Shown piece after piece: positions 8,624 to 18,590 of a stretch of 64,000 nt of DNA. Under the pieces are notes generated by a model. That model saw nothing but the letters and a program-made list of their open reading frames with translations. It made no database searches and was not told the DNA's origin. This stretch comes from Patescibacteria group bacterium (lineage in GTDB: Bacteria; Patescibacteriota; UBA1384; DATEAH01): contig DATEAH010000007.1 of NCBI GenBank assembly GCA_035288465.1, positions 2,090 through 66,089 of the forward strand. The letters run 5' to 3'. Both the position numbers and the translations under genes were made by a program. How positions within the stretch are numbered: position 1 is the first letter of the stretch; every line of letters begins with the position of its first letter.

Positions 8624-10441
8624 ATGAGCTATTCAACAATTATTTTGTTATTTATGGTGATATTAAATGTTGGTTTGGCAACGATTGTTTTATTTAATAA
8701 TCTTAAAAATCGGCTAAATCAAATTTTTGCCTTTTTTATTTTGTTTGTAGTTTTATGGACAATAAGTAATTATTTTGCTAATTTCTACGGTCCTTATTCT
8801 TTATTTTGGACACAAATGACGTTTGCAAGTGCGGTATTGGTCGCATTTACCTTAGTTTATTTTTCATATTATTTTCCAAAATCAGAAAGAAAAATCTCTA
8901 ATAAAGAACACCTTATAATTACAATCCCAACAATTTTAATTTTGTTGTTATTATTATTCACAAAAACAGTAATTGCCGGTATTACTATTATTGAAACCGG
9001 GACTGGTGTTGAACAGGGAATATTGTATTATATTTGGCCTGTCTATTTTTTGTTATTTATTATTTTTACATTTTATAACTTGATTAAAAAATACCGGAAT
9101 CTTAATAAAAAGCAACAAATTCAAATGAGAATACTTTTTGTGGGTTTATTATTGAGTTTGTTATTAGCCATTACCACAAATTTACTTTTTCCCTTAATCT
9201 TAAAAAACGATACCTTAAGCAATTATGGTCCATATTCTACTTTTATAATCATTGGGTTTACAACTTATGCAATTATCAAACATGAGTTATTAAATATTCG
9301 AGTAATAGCGACTGAAACCTTGGTAGCATTAATAATATTAGCCTTGATTGTTCAAACTTTATTATCAAAATCGTGGGCTGAGGGATTGATTCGGACAGGA
9401 TTTTTATTGCTTGTCGCTTATTTTGGTTATTTGCTTATTCGGTCGGTTATTCAAGAAATTGAGCGACGAAAAGAGGTGGAGAAACTATCTCGGGAATTAG
9501 AAAAGGCCAATCTTCATCTGCAGGAATTAGATAAACTTAAATCTGAATTCGTCTCGATTGCCAGCCACGATTTATTAACCCCAGTCGCTGCGATCGAAGG
9601 CTATCTGTCGATGATTTTAGATGAAAAATTAATCAAACTCAAAAATCCGAAATTAGAAGATTATTTACACCGCGTTTACGATTCGGCCAAGCGTTTGACC
9701 CGCTTAATTACAGATTTATTAAATATTTCAAGAATCGAAGAAGGCCGCCTGAGATCAGAAAAACAACCCATTGATATTAATGAAACGATTAAGAGCGTGA
9801 TTAAGGAATTATCTATCCAAGCGGATAAATATCATTTGTATTTACGATTTGATGAGCCAAAAGAAAAACCAAAACCAATTTACGCCGACGAAGATCAACT
9901 CAAAGAAATCTTAATAAATTTAATCGGTAATAGCTTGAAGTTTACCAGAAGTGGTGGGGTAACCATTTCGCTTGAAACTCTTTCGACTCATGAAATTGAG
10001 TCAAGGGTCGCAAAACTCGAAGAGACGGCTTTATCGCAAGCCAGCAAACAAGGCGAGATGTTGCCGATGATGGTGGGAACAAAAAGCCGAGTGATGTTAG
10101 GTGATGAGCAATTAGTAATCCACGTCAAAGATACTGGCGTTGGAATTGCTGAAGACGAATTGCCAGGACTTTTTCAAAAATTTTACCGTGGCCGCACTCT
10201 TTGGACAGTGAAAAAAACTCCGGGTACTGGTTTAGGATTATATATTTCAAAATCATTAGTGGAAATGCACAATGGTCGAATCTGGGTAAATGAATCTCGA
10301 AGGGATAATGGTTCTGATTTTGCCTTTAGCGTCCCATTTGTCAAAGACTCAATTATTGTCGGACATCACGAAAAGAAGTTGACTCTTGAAGAGGAAGCAA
10401 AGCTAAAACCTTTGGCGAAGGGACCAACCAGGGATTTTTAA
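8624..10441 (+). CDS. membrane sensor histidine kinase with multi-TM (HisKA_7TM-like) input domain
   Basis: about 9 TM helices; H-box SHDLLTP, N-box NLIGNSLKF, G1 DTGVGI, F-box LFQKF, G2 GTGLGL. Confidence 0.92.
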   Translation: MSYSTIILLFMVILNVGLATIVLFNNLKNRLNQIFAFFILFVVLWTISNYFANFYGPYSLFWTQMTFASAVLVAFTLVYFSYYFPKSERKISNKEHLIITIPTILILLLLLFTKTVIAGITIIETGTGVEQGILYYIWPVYFLLFIIFTFYNLIKKYRNLNKKQQIQMRILFVGLLLSLLLAITTNLLFPLILKNDTLSNYGPYSTFIIIGFTTYAIIKHELLNIRVIATETLVALIILALIVQTLLSKSWAEGLIRTGFLLLVAYFGYLLIRSVIQEIERRKEVEKLSRELEKANLHLQELDKLKSEFVSIASHDLLTPVAAIEGYLSMILDEKLIKLKNPKLEDYLHRVYDSAKRLTRLITDLLNISRIEEGRLRSEKQPIDINETIKSVIKELSIQADKYHLYLRFDEPKEKPKPIYADEDQLKEILINLIGNSLKFTRSGGVTISLETLSTHEIESRVAKLEETALSQASKQGEMLPMMVGTKSRVMLGDEQLVIHVKDTGVGIAEDELPGLFQKFYRGRTLWTVKKTPGTGLGLYISKSLVEMHNGRIWVNESRRDNGSDFAFSVPFVKDSIIVGHHEKKLTLEEEAKLKPLAKGPTRDF

Positions 10442-10489
10442 AAGTTGACATTTTTAGTGAATCAAATATGATGGAGGTGCGGAGGAAAA

Positions 10490-10897
10490 ATGGTAGAAGC
10501 AAAAGCAACAATTTTAATCGCTGAAGATGATTTAACCCTAAGAGACATGTATCAAATTCGCTTGGAAGCGGGCGGTTATCGAGTTTTGGTGGCAGCAAAT
10601 GGTGAGGAAGCCTTGCAAGTTTTGGAAAAAGAAAAGCCAGATGTAATTTTGCTTGATATTATGATGCCAAAAATTAATGGCTTAGATGTCTTGGAAAAAG
10701 TAAAAACTAACCCAGCTACCAAAGCGACCCCAGTTATTATTTTAACGGTCTTAATCCAAGATCAGACTCGTGTTAAGGGATTGATGTCAGGCGCGGATGA
10801 TTATTTGATTAAATCCGAAACCATGCCTGGCGAAGTCATTAAAAAAATTGAAGAAGTCTTGGCGAGAAACCAAAAAAATAAAACCGAAGAGAAATAA
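10490..10897 (+). CDS. single-domain response regulator (receiver only)
   Basis: ILIAEDD, LLDIMMP (phosphoacceptor Asp), GADDYLIK. Confidence 0.93.
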   Translation: MVEAKATILIAEDDLTLRDMYQIRLEAGGYRVLVAANGEEALQVLEKEKPDVILLDIMMPKINGLDVLEKVKTNPATKATPVIILTVLIQDQTRVKGLMSGADDYLIKSETMPGEVIKKIEEVLARNQKNKTEEK

Positions 10898-10905
10898 AAA
10901 CAAAA

Positions 10906-11997
10906 ATGGAAGAAATTAATATTTCCGAAGAAAAACAATCTAAAAAGCCAAATTTTTTATTAAGGCCATTTTCAAGGACTACGAAAATAGTCCTTTTAAT
11001 TTTATTGATAATTTTTGGTTTAGTTTTTGCCTGGGCGATTTATGTTACGCCGATTGCTGATTCTTTTAACCCTTTTGCTAGCCGTAAAGGAGATCAGGGG
11101 GAATTGCCAACCTTAAATGCGGTCTGTCCGTTAAATGGAAGTGCCGCGGCTGATGATATGGTGGGAAATCGTCCTTTTGGCGTCATGATTGAAAACCATC
11201 CCGATGCCAGACCCCAATCTGGTTTAGACAAAGCTGATTTGGTCTATGAAGTAGTTACTGAAGGTGGCATTACTCGGTTCTTGGCATTTTTTGGGTGCCA
11301 AAACCCAAGCCAAATTGGACCGGTTCGATCGTCTCGGATTTATTATTTAGATTGGGTTTCGGAGTTAAAATCATTTTACGCTCATGCGGGCGGTTCACCC
11401 GATTCTTTGGCCGCTATTCAACAACGTGGGATTTTGGATTTAAATCATGCCACTGGTTATTTTTGGCGATCAACAAGTCGAGCTGCACCTCATAATTTAT
11501 ATACCTCATTAGAAAAACTTAAATCGTATGCTCAGAGCCGTCATTATGATTTAAATAAAGCTGATTTCACATTATGGAAATTTAAAGATGATCCGGAAAA
11601 ATCTGCTCGACCTGAATCAAAAAGCGTTAAAATTAATTTTTCTTCAGCCTCGTTTCTGGTTTCTTATTCCTATAATAAAGAGACAAATAATTGGTCAAGG
11701 TCAATGGCAGGCAAATCTCATTTAGACGCGGCGACAGGGAAACAGCTTAAAGTTAAAAATATTGTGGTTCAATATAGTCAAATTGTGGCTCGAAGTGATG
11801 GTCGGGTTGATGTCGGCAATATTGGATCAGGTCAAGCTTTATTCTTTATTGATGGCATAGCCTTGACCGGTACTTGGAAAAAAGATTCGACCAGCGCTCG
11901 AACTATATATGCCGATTCAAATGGCAGGGAGATTGAATTTTCACGTGGTCCAATTTGGATTGAAGTGGTTAAATTAGGAACAGTCATAAATTATTAA
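10906..11997 (+). CDS. DUF3048 (YerB-like) membrane-anchored protein
   Basis: RPFGVMIENHPDARPQSGL..AD.VYE...EGGITRF, IGPVRS, APHNLY. Confidence 0.9.
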   Translation: MEEINISEEKQSKKPNFLLRPFSRTTKIVLLILLIIFGLVFAWAIYVTPIADSFNPFASRKGDQGELPTLNAVCPLNGSAAADDMVGNRPFGVMIENHPDARPQSGLDKADLVYEVVTEGGITRFLAFFGCQNPSQIGPVRSSRIYYLDWVSELKSFYAHAGGSPDSLAAIQQRGILDLNHATGYFWRSTSRAAPHNLYTSLEKLKSYAQSRHYDLNKADFTLWKFKDDPEKSARPESKSVKINFSSASFLVSYSYNKETNNWSRSMAGKSHLDAATGKQLKVKNIVVQYSQIVARSDGRVDVGNIGSGQALFFIDGIALTGTWKKDSTSARTIYADSNGREIEFSRGPIWIEVVKLGTVINY

Positions 11998-12027
11998 TAA
12001 ATCATAGATAGCTTTAAATTTAGATTT

Positions 12028-12057
12028 AATAAAATCCGCCAGCAGGCGGATTTTATT
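12028..12057. terminator. bidirectional terminator built on a CCGCC/GGCGG palindrome
   Basis: AATAAAATCCGCC-AGCA-GGCGGATTTTATT between convergent genes. Confidence 0.85.
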
Positions 12058-12074
12058 GATTGGCAAGCTGATTT

Positions 12075-12341
12075 CTATTTATAGGGGACGAGAGGATCTG
12101 GCCGACCGGTACTTTCGGTGGCGGAAACCGGATTGGTATAATTTCGGGTAGCCTCAACCTTTTTAGTTTCAGCCGTATCTTTAATCGTAATTTCTGGTTT
12201 AACGACATCTGGAGTGAAATTATATAATAAATAACCTTGATAACCTAAATAAGCAAACAACGCCATAAAAGCAATCACGATTAAAAATTTTACCGTTTTA
12301 TTGATAATTGAAAAGCTTGTTTTGGTATTTTTTTCAGTCAT
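12075..12341 (-). CDS. short PilP-like pilus assembly protein
   Basis: TM helix, C-terminal GRPDPLVP resembling the PilP RDPF motif; lies downstream of pilO. Confidence 0.55.
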   Translation of the reverse strand: MTEKNTKTSFSIINKTVKFLIVIAFMALFAYLGYQGYLLYNFTPDVVKPEITIKDTAETKKVEATRNYTNPVSATESTGRPDPLVPYK

Positions 12342-12886
12342 TTGGTGGCCTTTCTTTGGTAAACCGAACCATTAATTTTAGCTTTAGTCTTTTCTGGTGT
12401 GTATTGTAATTCAATGCCGGTCGCATTATTAATTTGGGCTAATTGAGTTAAGCCTGACAAGAACCTTACAAACGAGCCAAAATTTCCCTCTAATTCGATT
12501 TCAAATTTACTTTCATCAACACCACTGACAGTAGAAGTGGTTTTGGTTTTTTGATCAGCGGCGGTCGGAAATTTGATTGAGGTGAGGGTATTTCCTGAAC
12601 TTTGGGCAAGAGCTTCAGCCTGAGTGGTAAAATTTGTCGAGCTATCTTGAGGTAGATAATTTAGCATTTTATCAATTTTTGGCTTTTTAGTTTCAAATTC
12701 TTTAGCGAATTTTTCTAAATCGACTAACTCGTCTTTAGCAATAATTAATTCTTGATTTTTGGTTTTATTTTCTTTGTATTGTTTGGCGAGTTGTCCGGTA
12801 AGCGGTTTGACGACAAAATAAAGGACCGCCACAATAATGAAGCTGAAAAGGATCACGACGGTTAAATTTTTTTGTTCTACAGACAT
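12338..12886 (-). CDS. pilO: type IV pilus assembly protein PilO
   Basis: TM helix, coiled coil, ferredoxin-like domain (LEGNFGSFVRFL); likely start ATG 12886 after GAGGAG. Confidence 0.8.
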   Translation of the reverse strand: MSVEQKNLTVVILFSFIIVAVLYFVVKPLTGQLAKQYKENKTKNQELIIAKDELVDLEKFAKEFETKKPKIDKMLNYLPQDSSTNFTTQAEALAQSSGNTLTSIKFPTAADQKTKTTSTVSGVDESKFEIELEGNFGSFVRFLSGLTQLAQINNATGIELQYTPEKTKAKINGSVYQRKATK

Positions 12887-12890
12887 ATTA

Positions 12891-13478
12891 TTACTCCTCA
12901 GATTTGGTGCCGGTTGATTGAGTGGTAGGTGCAAATTTAGCATTTGCTAATTCCGCGATCATTTGAAAAGTTAAGCCACCGCCATCAGGATTAATTGAAG
13001 CGGAAATAAAAACCGGATTATTAAATTCATTCGAAGTAGCCAGTTTAGTCTTAAAAAGCATCACCGTGCGGTAACTACCAGCAAAACCGGCAATTTCGAT
13101 TTTATTTTGGGATTGTTCGTTAATCTTAAAGGTGGTTAATTGGAGATTGCCCGGAGTTTGATTGGCTAAATTCAAGAGAATTTTTTCCCAATCGACTTGA
13201 TACGCGGAGATTTTTTTAATAATGGTAGAAGTTTCATTATATTTTTGAACTTGAGATAAAATCTGGTCGTATTGTTTACGCTTATTGGCAGCATCATTTA
13301 TTTGATTTGCAAGGCCACGATTGATGATATTGAAATATTGGACTCCAGAAAAGATGACGATTAAGATTAAAACAACTAACAGGGCAATCGGAGTCATATA
13401 CGAAGAATAATAAAGACTTTTTCTTTTTGAAATAATTTTTTCTTTTTCTTGTGGCGGGAGAAGGTTGATTTTTATCAT
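12891..13478 (-). CDS. pilN: type IV pilus assembly protein PilN
   Basis: N-terminal INLLP motif, TM helix, coiled coil. Confidence 0.88.
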   Translation of the reverse strand: MIKINLLPPQEKEKIISKRKSLYYSSYMTPIALLVVLILIVIFSGVQYFNIINRGLANQINDAANKRKQYDQILSQVQKYNETSTIIKKISAYQVDWEKILLNLANQTPGNLQLTTFKINEQSQNKIEIAGFAGSYRTVMLFKTKLATSNEFNNPVFISASINPDGGGLTFQMIAELANAKFAPTTQSTGTKSEE

Positions 13479-14527
13479 TAGTATTGATCCCTTAAAGCTA
13501 AGCCAGCCGCTGTAGTTAATCGTAAAATTTGTTCTTGAGGCATTTTTCGCCAGGTTCGTGAGGCGATATTAACAAATGGGTTGGCAATATTGGTTTTTTT
13601 GCCAGTCGTTTCGGTTAAATAAGTGGCAATTTCAGGGGTTAATGCCCCGCCCCCACAAAGTCGAATTTCAGAAATTTTACGGGCCGGCTTGGTGCGCGTT
13701 TCATAAAATTTAATGGCGTTATTGATTTCTTCAATGACATCATTGATAACCGGCGACATTGCCGCAATTAGATTTAACTTAGGGTCTTTTTTGAAACCCG
13801 TTTCTCTTTTAAGTTTTTCAGCTTCAACATCAGTAATTTTTAAGCTATTGGCGAGACTTTTCGTTAAAGTGTTGCCGCCATGAGGTACGGTGTAGGTGAA
13901 TTTGATGCTATCAACATCGTAAATGCTAATGCCAATGGCGGCGGCGCCAATATCAAGGATTAAAAAGGTACCTTGTTCTCCTTTTTTGGCAATGGCGCGA
14001 GCGGCGGCGATTGGTTTGGTCTCAAGGGCGATCAAATCAATGCCAATAGATTTAAAGATTTTAAAATAATTATCGACTAAATATCTTGGGGCAGCCACGA
14101 TTAGGACATTTAGGCTATTTTGGGAGGCTGGTCCTAAGGAAAACCAATCTAAATATAATTCATTTTGGGGGATGGGAATATGTCGAGCCGCTTCGGTGGG
14201 GACGGCAACAGCTAATTCTTCATCAGTCATTTTTGGAATTTGAATTATCTTTGTAAAAACCTTAGATTCTGGCAAACCGGAAACGGCGGTTTTTTCGAAA
14301 ATACGAGGCCTGGCAGTTCGACAAGCGTTTTTAATCGCATCAGCAATTACCCGATCGGCAATGTCTTTTTGCTGGTTGGCTTTGGCGGGAATATTAACAA
14401 TATTAAAGGATTTTAAATAATTTTGATTGCCACGTTTTTTTAAAGCCACAATTTTTACGCTATCGTAACCTAAATCAACACCAAGTAAGTTTTCCTGAAT
14501 TTGTAAAAAACGATCAAATGAAGACAT
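13478..14527 (-). CDS. pilM: type IV pilus assembly protein PilM
   Basis: LGVDLG, ILDIGA, LCGGGA, AAGLALR actin-like motifs. Confidence 0.93.
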   Translation of the reverse strand: MSSFDRFLQIQENLLGVDLGYDSVKIVALKKRGNQNYLKSFNIVNIPAKANQQKDIADRVIADAIKNACRTARPRIFEKTAVSGLPESKVFTKIIQIPKMTDEELAVAVPTEAARHIPIPQNELYLDWFSLGPASQNSLNVLIVAAPRYLVDNYFKIFKSIGIDLIALETKPIAAARAIAKKGEQGTFLILDIGAAAIGISIYDVDSIKFTYTVPHGGNTLTKSLANSLKITDVEAEKLKRETGFKKDPKLNLIAAMSPVINDVIEEINNAIKFYETRTKPARKISEIRLCGGGALTPEIATYLTETTGKKTNIANPFVNIASRTWRKMPQEQILRLTTAAGLALRDQY

Positions 14528-14647
14528 TATTCCTCAATAAATAATCAGCCCCGGATAATTTTTAAATTTTAAGGATAGAGATGCGCCCCTGACCTTTAAT
14601 ACTAATTTTAATTTATCAATAAATGAAATATCTGTCAATTTTTAAAG

Positions 14648-15856
14648 CTAATAAATTTCGTTCCAAGTTTTACTTTTCATAAGCCATTTACCGCCAGGAC
14701 CAGTGGTAAAGATGGAACTTGCTAATCCCATGTCATAATCTAAGGTGGCGCTGCTATTCAAGGTGAGTTTTTTACCAATCAGTGATACCACATGGCCATT
14801 TGAATTAATGGTAATGCCACCATTTAAGGCATAAAATAAGCCACCGACACCATTGGAATTAATCGTGTTGGCAAAAACATCAGTGCTGGTGGAGGCGAAA
14901 AGAATATAGCCTTTAGGATCAGCACTGGTTGGATAAATATTGGTGTTGCTTTCGATTACGACGGTGCCGTCAACAACAATCACCGTGCCTGCCGAGACAA
15001 ATTGTGGATCGAGCCTGAGGGTTGAATTTGACCTCATCACAAAATTCCCGGTCACATATATGGGACCTTTGAGGGTGGTATCTGAATTTTGGCCAAGAGT
15101 TAAATTACCAACAACTTTGCGAGGTCCAAAATCGCCGGTGCCAGTAATAGTATAATCGCCGTTAATTTGATCGTCATTTTCGCTGGCGGCATTTTTCCAA
15201 AAATCAATCGTGATAACAGGCATTTGTTGTGATGGGGCACCCGGGTTGGTGGTGCCGGAAATTTCCGGATTTGGAGTGGTAATAGTGGTGACCGCATAGG
15301 CATCACCATTAATATGTGAATTTGAAGCCCCGGCAATATGGCCATTAGAATAAACATTACCATTAATGATAGAATTGCTGGCCATTTCCAAGCCCCATTC
15401 ACCAATTTGGACCGCATAATGGAAGGCGGCTTCTTCTTCAGAAGCTTCGGTGCTGGCAATGATTTGAATTTGGCGTTGGGCGGGAAAGGGTGAAGAAACT
15501 GGGTAGTAACCGGTCGAAGTAATGAGTCTTTCGTTCGGATCAGAAGCTGAAGGGGCAACCGTGACCGTAAATTTGCCCCCACCCAGAGCAGTATTTTGTT
15601 CGCCGGCATAATTTAAACTTGGTTGGTTGAGGCCCCATAGTGCTTTTTGAATGCCAGATTCAGCTAAAGTAAAAGCCAAATTAGAGTTTTTTAAATTTTT
15701 AGTAATTTTTAAATCATAAGAAACAACGGAGATAAAAAGCGTACCAATTGCCATCATAATCACCATAATAAAGAGGACGGTAGTCAGGGCAAAACCAGAA
15801 TTATTACGAAAATTCTGGCCAAAGATTTTAAAATTTAAAAGTTTGTTTTTTTTCAT
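14648..15856 (-). CDS. PilX-like minor pilin with beta-helix C-terminal region
   Basis: GFAL prepilin site, AFTLAESGI motif, repeated INGNVY-type beta motifs. Confidence 0.8.
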   Translation of the reverse strand: MKKNKLLNFKIFGQNFRNNSGFALTTVLFIMVIMMAIGTLFISVVSYDLKITKNLKNSNLAFTLAESGIQKALWGLNQPSLNYAGEQNTALGGGKFTVTVAPSASDPNERLITSTGYYPVSSPFPAQRQIQIIASTEASEEEAAFHYAVQIGEWGLEMASNSIINGNVYSNGHIAGASNSHINGDAYAVTTITTPNPEISGTTNPGAPSQQMPVITIDFWKNAASENDDQINGDYTITGTGDFGPRKVVGNLTLGQNSDTTLKGPIYVTGNFVMRSNSTLRLDPQFVSAGTVIVVDGTVVIESNTNIYPTSADPKGYILFASTSTDVFANTINSNGVGGLFYALNGGITINSNGHVVSLIGKKLTLNSSATLDYDMGLASSIFTTGPGGKWLMKSKTWNEIY

Positions 15857-16443
15857 ATTAAATTCCGAGGTTTAATTTCTGTTTGTAAATTAATTGTTTG
15901 CGAGCCTTGAGTTGCGGTTAAATCAATGGTGATAATGGAAGTTCCATAAAGCGTCAAGCCGGTGATGTTACTAGAAATAATAGTATCCTCATCAGAGCTA
16001 AGAACGGCATCGCTGGTGTCATATGAAACCCAGACTTCAGCGGAATCGACATAGTAGTGATAAATCTGACGTTTTAAATCTGTGCCGGAAAGGTAATATT
16101 TAATATATCTTATTTTTTCAAAATTAGAATCTCGAAAACTAATTTCATGTGCAACTAAGGGATTATCTTTGGTGGCAGTTAAAACCGTGGCGATTTCTTC
16201 AGTTTCTCTGAGCTCTCGGGAAATTCTTTCCAAGCCAATGCGGGCGTTTTGGGTTAAATCAGTTTGGGCTGAGCCAGTTTTATAAGATTTTTGGCTAACC
16301 GCATAAACAGTATAGATTGAACCTAAAATCAAGAGTGAAACTGTAATCGCAACTAATAATTCCATTAAGCTAAAACCGGCTTGATTGAATTTTAAATTGC
16401 GACGAGTTTTGGAATTTACGAATTTTTGGGGCAAAAATCTCAT
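15853..16443 (-). CDS. PilW-like minor pilin
   Basis: AGFSLMELL prepilin motif; LERISRELR. Confidence 0.85.
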   Translation of the reverse strand: MRFLPQKFVNSKTRRNLKFNQAGFSLMELLVAITVSLLILGSIYTVYAVSQKSYKTGSAQTDLTQNARIGLERISRELRETEEIATVLTATKDNPLVAHEISFRDSNFEKIRYIKYYLSGTDLKRQIYHYYVDSAEVWVSYDTSDAVLSSDEDTIISSNITGLTLYGTSIITIDLTATQGSQTINLQTEIKPRNLI

Positions 16444-16444
16444 T

Positions 16445-16882
16445 TTATTTACCTTTAAGATAAGTGCTGGTCAGACTTTTTTGTTGGCCACCGTCAGTCC
16501 AAAAGACGGTGGCGGTAATTTTTTTCAAGTTCGTTTCTGTTTGAGACTGGACTAAGCCATTATTTACATAGATAACTATGGTTTGAAAATAATAATCATA
16601 AAATGGGCTTGTGGTATCACTTGTAATACGGTTTTTTACCTGACTTGTAACTGAAACATATGCAGTATTTTGGATCTTTTCTATTTCACCTTGGAGTAAA
16701 TTTGAAGCGGTGGTTTCCTTTTCAGAAGTTTTGGTGGCTCTTAAGCCAGCTGGAAAAAGTTGAATAATCGCGGTCGTGGTTATAATAAAAACCAGCAAAG
16801 CCAATAAAACTTCAACCAAGGTGAAGCCATTTTTGGCCGGTTTTGAATTTTTTACTTTAAGATTTTGTCTTGATATTCTCAT
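16445..16882 (-). CDS. PilV-like minor pilin
   Basis: NGFTLVEVL prepilin motif; start uncertain (ATG 16882 chosen). Confidence 0.85.
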   Translation of the reverse strand: MRISRQNLKVKNSKPAKNGFTLVEVLLALLVFIITTTAIIQLFPAGLRATKTSEKETTASNLLQGEIEKIQNTAYVSVTSQVKNRITSDTTSPFYDYYFQTIVIYVNNGLVQSQTETNLKKITATVFWTDGGQQKSLTSTYLKGK

Positions 16883-16883
16883 A

Positions 16884-17333
16884 TTAATAGGTTTTAATTT
16901 GTCCGACCGGGGTAATTTCAATAGTAATTTTTTCACCAAGATTATTATTTAAGATTATGGTACCATAATTTAAGGGTGCACTCGAAGGTGTAAAAGTAAT
17001 TTGATTATTGGTAAGATTTACTTGGAAAAAGCGAATCCCACGAGATAGGTTGGTGTTGCTGACTTCTGTTTCAGAGCCATCAACTGCTAAGCGATAATTG
17101 GTGTAGCTATCGTTTCCTAAATTAAACCTCACTAAATGCCGAGCTTGAGTGGAAACAGTGGAGCTTTGGGCTTCACGTAGGGCTGCGACCATTTCTCTCG
17201 CCGAACCAGTCAACCGATAATGGGGTGCGACTCGAGTCAGGGCCGCGAAGGAAACAACGCTAAGGATTAAAATGATAGAAATTACGACGAGAACTTCAAC
17301 TATACTGATGCCTTGTCGGAAATATTGATTCAT
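16884..17333 (-). CDS. FimT/GspH-like minor pilin
   Basis: QGISIVEVL prepilin motif; LREAQS; C-terminal ITPVGQI. Confidence 0.85.
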   Translation of the reverse strand: MNQYFRQGISIVEVLVVISIILILSVVSFAALTRVAPHYRLTGSAREMVAALREAQSSTVSTQARHLVRFNLGNDSYTNYRLAVDGSETEVSNTNLSRGIRFFQVNLTNNQITFTPSSAPLNYGTIILNNNLGEKITIEITPVGQIKTY

Positions 17334-17341
17334 ATTTTTCT

Positions 17342-18559
17342 CTATTTAATAACTTGAACTAAACTATAAATTGGACCTAAAACAGACATCAAAATAAAGG
17401 CAACGCCCGCACCCATGACAATCATTAAAATTGGTTCGAGTAAAGTCGTTAAGTTTTGGCTCATATAAGCGACATCTTTTTCTAAAAATTTGGCTAAATT
17501 ACGTAAAACATAGTCTAAGTTACCCGATTTTTCACCGACCGTGATCATCTCGCAGATTAAAGGTGGAAAATTTTTATCTTCGAAAAGAGAGGCGCCAACC
17601 GGTGAACCATTTTCAATTTTAATAGCCACCTTTCTAAGCCCATTTTGATAATGAACATTGCCGGTTAATTCGACTAAGGTATCGAAAATTTCCAAAATTG
17701 GCAAACCGGCCGCAGTTAGAGTGGCTAAGGTTCTGACAAAAGTGGCCAAATAAGCCTTTTTTTGTAATTGACCAACTACCGGGGTTTTCATGCTAATCCA
17801 ATCAAACACAGATTTAATTTCAGGGAATTGTTTAGTCCAACGGTATAAGAGATATAAACCCACCACAATCGTAATTATTAGCCACCAATAATTAACAAAT
17901 GCATTACTGACACCAACCAAAATTCTGGTGGTAAGCGGTAAAGTGGCACCGACTTCATTAAACAAGCTCGTTAATTGAGGCACCACAAAAATCATAATAA
18001 TAACGACCACCGCGACCAAGGAAATCAAAATAAAGATTGGATAAATTAAGGCGTTTTTTATTCTTGACATTAAGTCATAATTTTTAGATAAATCACCAGC
18101 CAATCTGGTTAATACCTTATCGAGCTTGCCGGATTTTTCGCCTGATTTGGCAATTTGGCTATAAATTTTAGGAAAAATATCGCTTCTTTTTGAAAGTGAA
18201 TCGGAAAGAGCATTGCCCCCTTTGACTTCTTCGGAAATTTCCGCAATTTGCTCGGAGAAATATTTATTATTAGTTTGATTTTTGAGGGTGTCTAAGGCGG
18301 CGACTAAGGGAAAGCCGGATTTAAGCATGACCGCTAATTGTTGAGTGAAAATTACTTTATCGCGGAGAGCGACTTTTTTCGAAAAATAATTTAAAATATT
18401 AAAAGAGCTGGTGGCTAAGTCTTTACTGGAATCGGAAAGAGAGGTCACAAAGAGACTTTGTTTTCTTAAAATTTCCGCCGCCGCCAGGCTATTTGCCGCT
18501 TCAACCTCACCGGCTTTTTCAACGCCATCTTCAGTCTTGGCGCGATATATAAATTTCAT
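17342..18559 (-). CDS. pilC: type IV pilus platform protein PilC (GspF family)
   Basis: FTQQLAVMLKSG.PL, GEKSGKLD, ALIYP, LLEP motifs. Confidence 0.95.
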   Translation of the reverse strand: MKFIYRAKTEDGVEKAGEVEAANSLAAAEILRKQSLFVTSLSDSSKDLATSSFNILNYFSKKVALRDKVIFTQQLAVMLKSGFPLVAALDTLKNQTNNKYFSEQIAEISEEVKGGNALSDSLSKRSDIFPKIYSQIAKSGEKSGKLDKVLTRLAGDLSKNYDLMSRIKNALIYPIFILISLVAVVVIIMIFVVPQLTSLFNEVGATLPLTTRILVGVSNAFVNYWWLIITIVVGLYLLYRWTKQFPEIKSVFDWISMKTPVVGQLQKKAYLATFVRTLATLTAAGLPILEIFDTLVELTGNVHYQNGLRKVAIKIENGSPVGASLFEDKNFPPLICEMITVGEKSGNLDYVLRNLAKFLEKDVAYMSQNLTTLLEPILMIVMGAGVAFILMSVLGPIYSLVQVIK

Positions 18560-18590
18560 ATCAACCCTCTATAATTAATGAATTTTCAAT

